A DNA stretch of 22,687 nucleotides, from positions 474,875 through 497,561 of the forward strand of contig CBFHOE010000001.1 of the NCBI GenBank assembly GCA_965657355.1, read 5' to 3'. The notes under the pieces were generated by a model. That model made no database searches, was not told the origin of the DNA, and saw only the letters and a program-made list of their open reading frames with translations. The position numbers were made by a program, and so were the translations under genes. Shown here in pieces: positions 19,038 through 22,687 of this stretch; position 1 is the first letter of the stretch; every line of letters begins with the position of its first letter. This stretch comes from Limisphaerales bacterium (GTDB taxonomy: Bacteria > Verrucomicrobiota > Verrucomicrobiia > Limisphaerales > JAJOIW01).

Positions 19038-22000
19038 TTACTTTTTTGAAGCGAGGTATTCGACAAGGTTTCTAATTTCTTTTGGTTTCAGAATAGCTCC
19101 CATAGGAGGCATGGATGAGGTTTTTATCCTTTCTTTGAATTTGATTTTACTCTTGTCGATTTTTACTAATTTACCAGAAACGATTCTTAATGTTAATTCT
19201 TCAGTTGTTTCATCCTCTAATTTACCAGAGATGAATTCGTCATCTTTAAGTTCTATTGCGATGGTTTCAAAACCTTTTGAAATAATGGCATTAGGATCTA
19301 TGAGAGATTGGAGTATATATTCCCGATCAAATTTTGAACCGATTCCATCCAAGGGCGGCCCAACTTGTTTTTCTTTCCCTCCTGCATCATGGCAACGGAT
19401 ACATTGGGCTGAAACATGGTTGGTATATATATCTTTTCCTTTATTTTTATCTCCCCCAAATAGTGCAGGTCTGTATTTTGAAAGTGGATCATCCTTTTCC
19501 AATGAGTTCTTATAATTAGTCAGTTGAAAAATAAAAGACGATTTTTGTTTGCCATTGACTGCTTCAAGGACATCTAGCTGGAGTTCTTTGGGTAATGTTT
19601 TTTTGATTAACCGCTCCAGCGACTCCTGAAGTAATCTAATTGCTTTTGGGTTATCTAAAGAGGATAGAATCTGGAGGATATTCTGTTGTTCAATCAAAGG
19701 GAGGTCCCAAAATTGTCTGTCGATTTTACTCAGGAATAATTTAATATTTCGCTCCGAGAGTATTCCCCATGCCATGATCCTGAGTTGGTGGGCCTCACTG
19801 CTGAGGGCATAATTTACCAATGAAGTGATATTCTTTGCGTTTCTTTTGTCCAGGACAACAAGTGCTCCCGAACGAATTGAATCTGACTTTTCAGGAGATC
19901 GAATCCATTTTGTTAATATTTTTTCATCGATCTCTAAGTTTCTTTCGCTGGCAATTTGCGAGGCTGCAGCGGAAATATATTCATCTGTGTCCGTGAGTAA
20001 TTGCGGAAGGTATTTTGTAAGTATTTCATCTGCGAATTTTGGGTTTGATGGCATTCGTTGTCTTACTCGACCTTCCACACGATCTAAAAATGGTTGGTTA
20101 TTCCAATCTGCCAAAGATTCCAAGGCTTCTATTCGCATGCTTGCCGAATTTAAGGTATTGGAGGCATATTGGATTAATCGAGTTGCGTTGTATTCTTGAC
20201 CAAGTCGCAAATTTGAACTTATAGCGCGCCGAATGATCGCTTCATCATTTGGAAGGTCACTCTCATTTAGTCTCTGTGCTAGTCCTGGTAGCGCTGGCGG
20301 TATAGAGAAATCATCATGTATTGCGGACGCAGCCTCGCGCTGTGCATAAACATCTGGGTCGGAAAGAAACGCTGTAATTTTAGAGGATTTCAATCGGCGC
20401 AATGCTAAAATAGCTCCAATACGAACGGCTGTTGATGGGTGATTGGATGTCGCTACCAGAGATTCGATATCGCCAATTCCTATGAGCCCCATCACGCAGG
20501 CATGTCGTATAAAGGCATCCTCTCCATTATTTTTTTCTAGCAAATCTAACAATGGACCGATGGCTAAATTATTTCCACATTTTCCTAATGCCAAAGCAGC
20601 AAAAAATTGAACTCTAGGTGATTGGTCGTTTAATAATTGGATCAAGGTATTTGTAGCTGATTGAATTTTCAATTCCCCTGCTACCTTCGCAGCCTGTGCA
20701 CGTATTTCCGGGTCGTCATCGCTAAATGGAAGCTCCTCGTCTAATTTTGAAATACCTTTTCCTTTAGCTTGACTTATTCCCCACAGACTATGGATTCTTG
20801 CCAACTGGTTTGCCGATTTATCGACTGCGACATTTAACATTGGATTGATTTCATTTCTTCTAACGAGCTCAAACTGAGCTTGAAGCCTTACTCGCTGATC
20901 TGGGTTCTTTAATTGATTTAATAGCTGATGGATAGAGTATCGCTCTGGTCCATCGTGAAGTATCTGTTTTACTTGCTCTCTTATTGGATGTGATGAAAGC
21001 AATGGGTCATCCATCTTATAAATAGCCCCCCTATCATTAGGACTCCACATGCCATCCCAATCTGCAATGTAAATCCCCCCGTTGGGAGAAAAATTAACAG
21101 CGCTGGCCATGAGGCCGGAGTGGAAAACATGCTCGTCGATCATTTTAAAATAAGCGCCCTTTGGTTTGGCCTTAAAGGCTGTGATCTTTTTTACCGGGAA
21201 TTGAACACAGAAAAAGAAATCTTTATATTGATCATTTAAAGCTGTGCCCGGGTTATATTTAAATCCTCCTGGCCCTACTGAATAATTAGATAAAGGTGGA
21301 GTAATATGGGCTGGCTGTCCTTTGAAGTATGGTTTCCACATTCCACCCGCAGTCCAAGGATTATAATCTGGCTGTTCTGTATATTTCGCCCATCCTTTTG
21401 TTCGGAATTGCCAATTAAGTCTCCAACCGGAGTCACTGCCTTCTGTGATATATACAAACCGTTCCCTTTCGTCTTCTAAGTCACCATCATTATCAACAGA
21501 AAAAAGGTTTCCGTATTTATCGAAGGCGATTTCTTGCACGTTGCGCAGACCATAAGCAAAAACCTCAAGGTTAGAGTAATCAGGGTCCATCCTTAAAACC
21601 CCTCCAGTGTTGGGGTAGTGGAGCTTTTTACCTTCTTTATTTATAACTGAAAATCCGTTGTCGCCGACGGAGAAGTAAATCTTGCCATCAGGCCCCCACG
21701 TCAATCCGTGGATATCGTGTCCATCGAAGGCTGCGTGAACGCCAAACCCCCTGAACAGGGATTCTTTTTCATCGGCAACGCCGTCTCCATCATTATCACG
21801 CAGCCTCCATAGATCTGGGTAAATGGTGACTAACACGTCTTTTTCGTTTGGCATGATCCCAGCAACCACCCCATTGATTTCCTCATTGAATCCCTCGAAG
21901 AATACTTGGGCTTTGTCGGCAGCCCCATCTCCATTCGAATCTACCAAAAGGTGAACTCGTTCCTTTACTTGCATGAGGTCCCTCCAGTCGTGAATGCCAT

Positions 22001-22376
22001 CTTGGTTGAGGTCTTTTAGCCAAGGTGCATTTTTCTCACTTAATTCGGGTGCCATCTTGGTTCTGAAAAAATGCCTGAGGTCATCGACTGATTGATTGGC
22101 AAGATCATCGATGATCCATTCCTTGTGGGCTCGAATGTCAATATCCACTGTTGAGCGGCGAGCTGTCTCCACAACATATAATTTTCCCTGGTTGTCGAAT
22201 GATAGGGCAACTGGGTTCTTAAGTATTGGCTCTTTTGCCCACAAAGAAACTTCCAATTTCTTATTTGTTACTAAAGTGGCTTCCTGTGATTCAGCACTAA
22301 GATTAATCGAAAAAAGAACAGCAGATATTTTGATTATAAAGATAGATTCAAATACAAAGTTCGCGCTGATTCTCAT
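19038..22376 (-). CDS. PVC-type heme-binding protein: glucose/sorbosone-dehydrogenase-like beta-propeller + HEAT repeats + C-terminal cytochrome c
   Basis: LEVSLWAKEPILKNPVALSFDNQGKLYVVE, LRDNDGDGVADEK, HGLTWGPDGKIYFSVGD, GLRNVQEIAFDKYGNLF and IYIADW. HEAT repeats such as DPEIRAQAAKVAG and SPRVQFFAALALGK. Heme motif AQCIRCH, VGPPLDGIG and distal Met in SSMPP. Confidence 0.9.
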   Translation of the reverse strand: MRISANFVFESIFIIKISAVLFSINLSAESQEATLVTNKKLEVSLWAKEPILKNPVALSFDNQGKLYVVETARRSTVDIDIRAHKEWIIDDLANQSVDDLRHFFRTKMAPELSEKNAPWLKDLNQDGIHDWRDLMQVKERVHLLVDSNGDGAADKAQVFFEGFNEEINGVVAGIMPNEKDVLVTIYPDLWRLRDNDGDGVADEKESLFRGFGVHAAFDGHDIHGLTWGPDGKIYFSVGDNGFSVINKEGKKLHYPNTGGVLRMDPDYSNLEVFAYGLRNVQEIAFDKYGNLFSVDNDGDLEDERERFVYITEGSDSGWRLNWQFRTKGWAKYTEQPDYNPWTAGGMWKPYFKGQPAHITPPLSNYSVGPGGFKYNPGTALNDQYKDFFFCVQFPVKKITAFKAKPKGAYFKMIDEHVFHSGLMASAVNFSPNGGIYIADWDGMWSPNDRGAIYKMDDPLLSSHPIREQVKQILHDGPERYSIHQLLNQLKNPDQRVRLQAQFELVRRNEINPMLNVAVDKSANQLARIHSLWGISQAKGKGISKLDEELPFSDDDPEIRAQAAKVAGELKIQSATNTLIQLLNDQSPRVQFFAALALGKCGNNLAIGPLLDLLEKNNGEDAFIRHACVMGLIGIGDIESLVATSNHPSTAVRIGAILALRRLKSSKITAFLSDPDVYAQREAASAIHDDFSIPPALPGLAQRLNESDLPNDEAIIRRAISSNLRLGQEYNATRLIQYASNTLNSASMRIEALESLADWNNQPFLDRVEGRVRQRMPSNPKFADEILTKYLPQLLTDTDEYISAAASQIASERNLEIDEKILTKWIRSPEKSDSIRSGALVVLDKRNAKNITSLVNYALSSEAHQLRIMAWGILSERNIKLFLSKIDRQFWDLPLIEQQNILQILSSLDNPKAIRLLQESLERLIKKTLPKELQLDVLEAVNGKQKSSFIFQLTNYKNSLEKDDPLSKYRPALFGGDKNKGKDIYTNHVSAQCIRCHDAGGKEKQVGPPLDGIGSKFDREYILQSLIDPNAIISKGFETIAIELKDDEFISGKLEDETTEELTLRIVSGKLVKIDKSKIKFKERIKTSSMPPMGAILKPKEIRNLVEYLASKK

Positions 22377-22687
22377 TTTATTAACTTTTCAAAATCTCAA
22401 GGTTTATTTTGCTACCTCGTCAAAACCACTAGATGGGAATGAATGAAGCAAATACACACTCCCGCATTTTACTCGCAGATAAGAGGTTTTGTGAATTAGA
22501 AAATGAAACTCTGTTATTCAAGATTGTGATTCTTATTTCATCTCGTTTGGATTTGTGTAGGATATTATTAAAGATTTTAGCCATAACAAAACGACCGTGA
22601 GAATATGGATAAATAAGGCCATAGCAGGCTCAGTATGAATCGATTCGCTAAATGTTTAGCCTGATTCATTGCATGTTATGCTGATTT

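Noticed and set aside
18967..19515. 182-aa plus-strand ORF
   Set aside because: It lies antisense to the well-supported cytochrome c domain of the PVC-type gene and has no recognisable motifs; treated as a shadow ORF.
19038..20000. Visibly lower GC at the 3' end of the PVC-type gene as a sign of foreign DNA
   Set aside because: The reading frame is continuous with a standard domain order, and Lys/Ile/Leu-rich composition explains the AT bias.

Overview
Bacterial window, most likely from a PVC-superphylum organism (Verrucomicrobia or Planctomycetes). This is inferred from two DUF1549/DUF1553 proteins, a Tat-exported DUF1501 protein and a PVC-type heme-binding CxxCH protein. In order it contains: a monomeric NADP-isocitrate dehydrogenase (cut by the left edge); a secreted class C beta-lactamase-family serine hydrolase; a 3' remnant of a sarcosine/N-methyltryptophan oxidase gene; a tightly packed minus-strand operon of about 11.4 kb; tRNA-Arg(ACG); an SDR oxidoreductase; a secreted GH81 endo-beta-1,3-glucanase; and a large PVC-type dehydrogenase/HEAT/cytochrome c protein. 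The operon runs LamG-PA14-like-DUF1549/1553, DUF1501, L-rhamnose isomerase, sugar ABC ATPase, two ABC permeases, then a second DUF1549/1553 protein. The most interesting observation is that the uncharacterised DUF1553/DUF1501 module, carrying carbohydrate-binding-type domains and CxxCH motifs, appears co-transcribed with rhamnose uptake and isomerase genes whose ABC transporter has no local substrate-binding protein. No integrase, transposase or CRISPR array was seen. All family assignments come from motif recognition by eye, not database searches.
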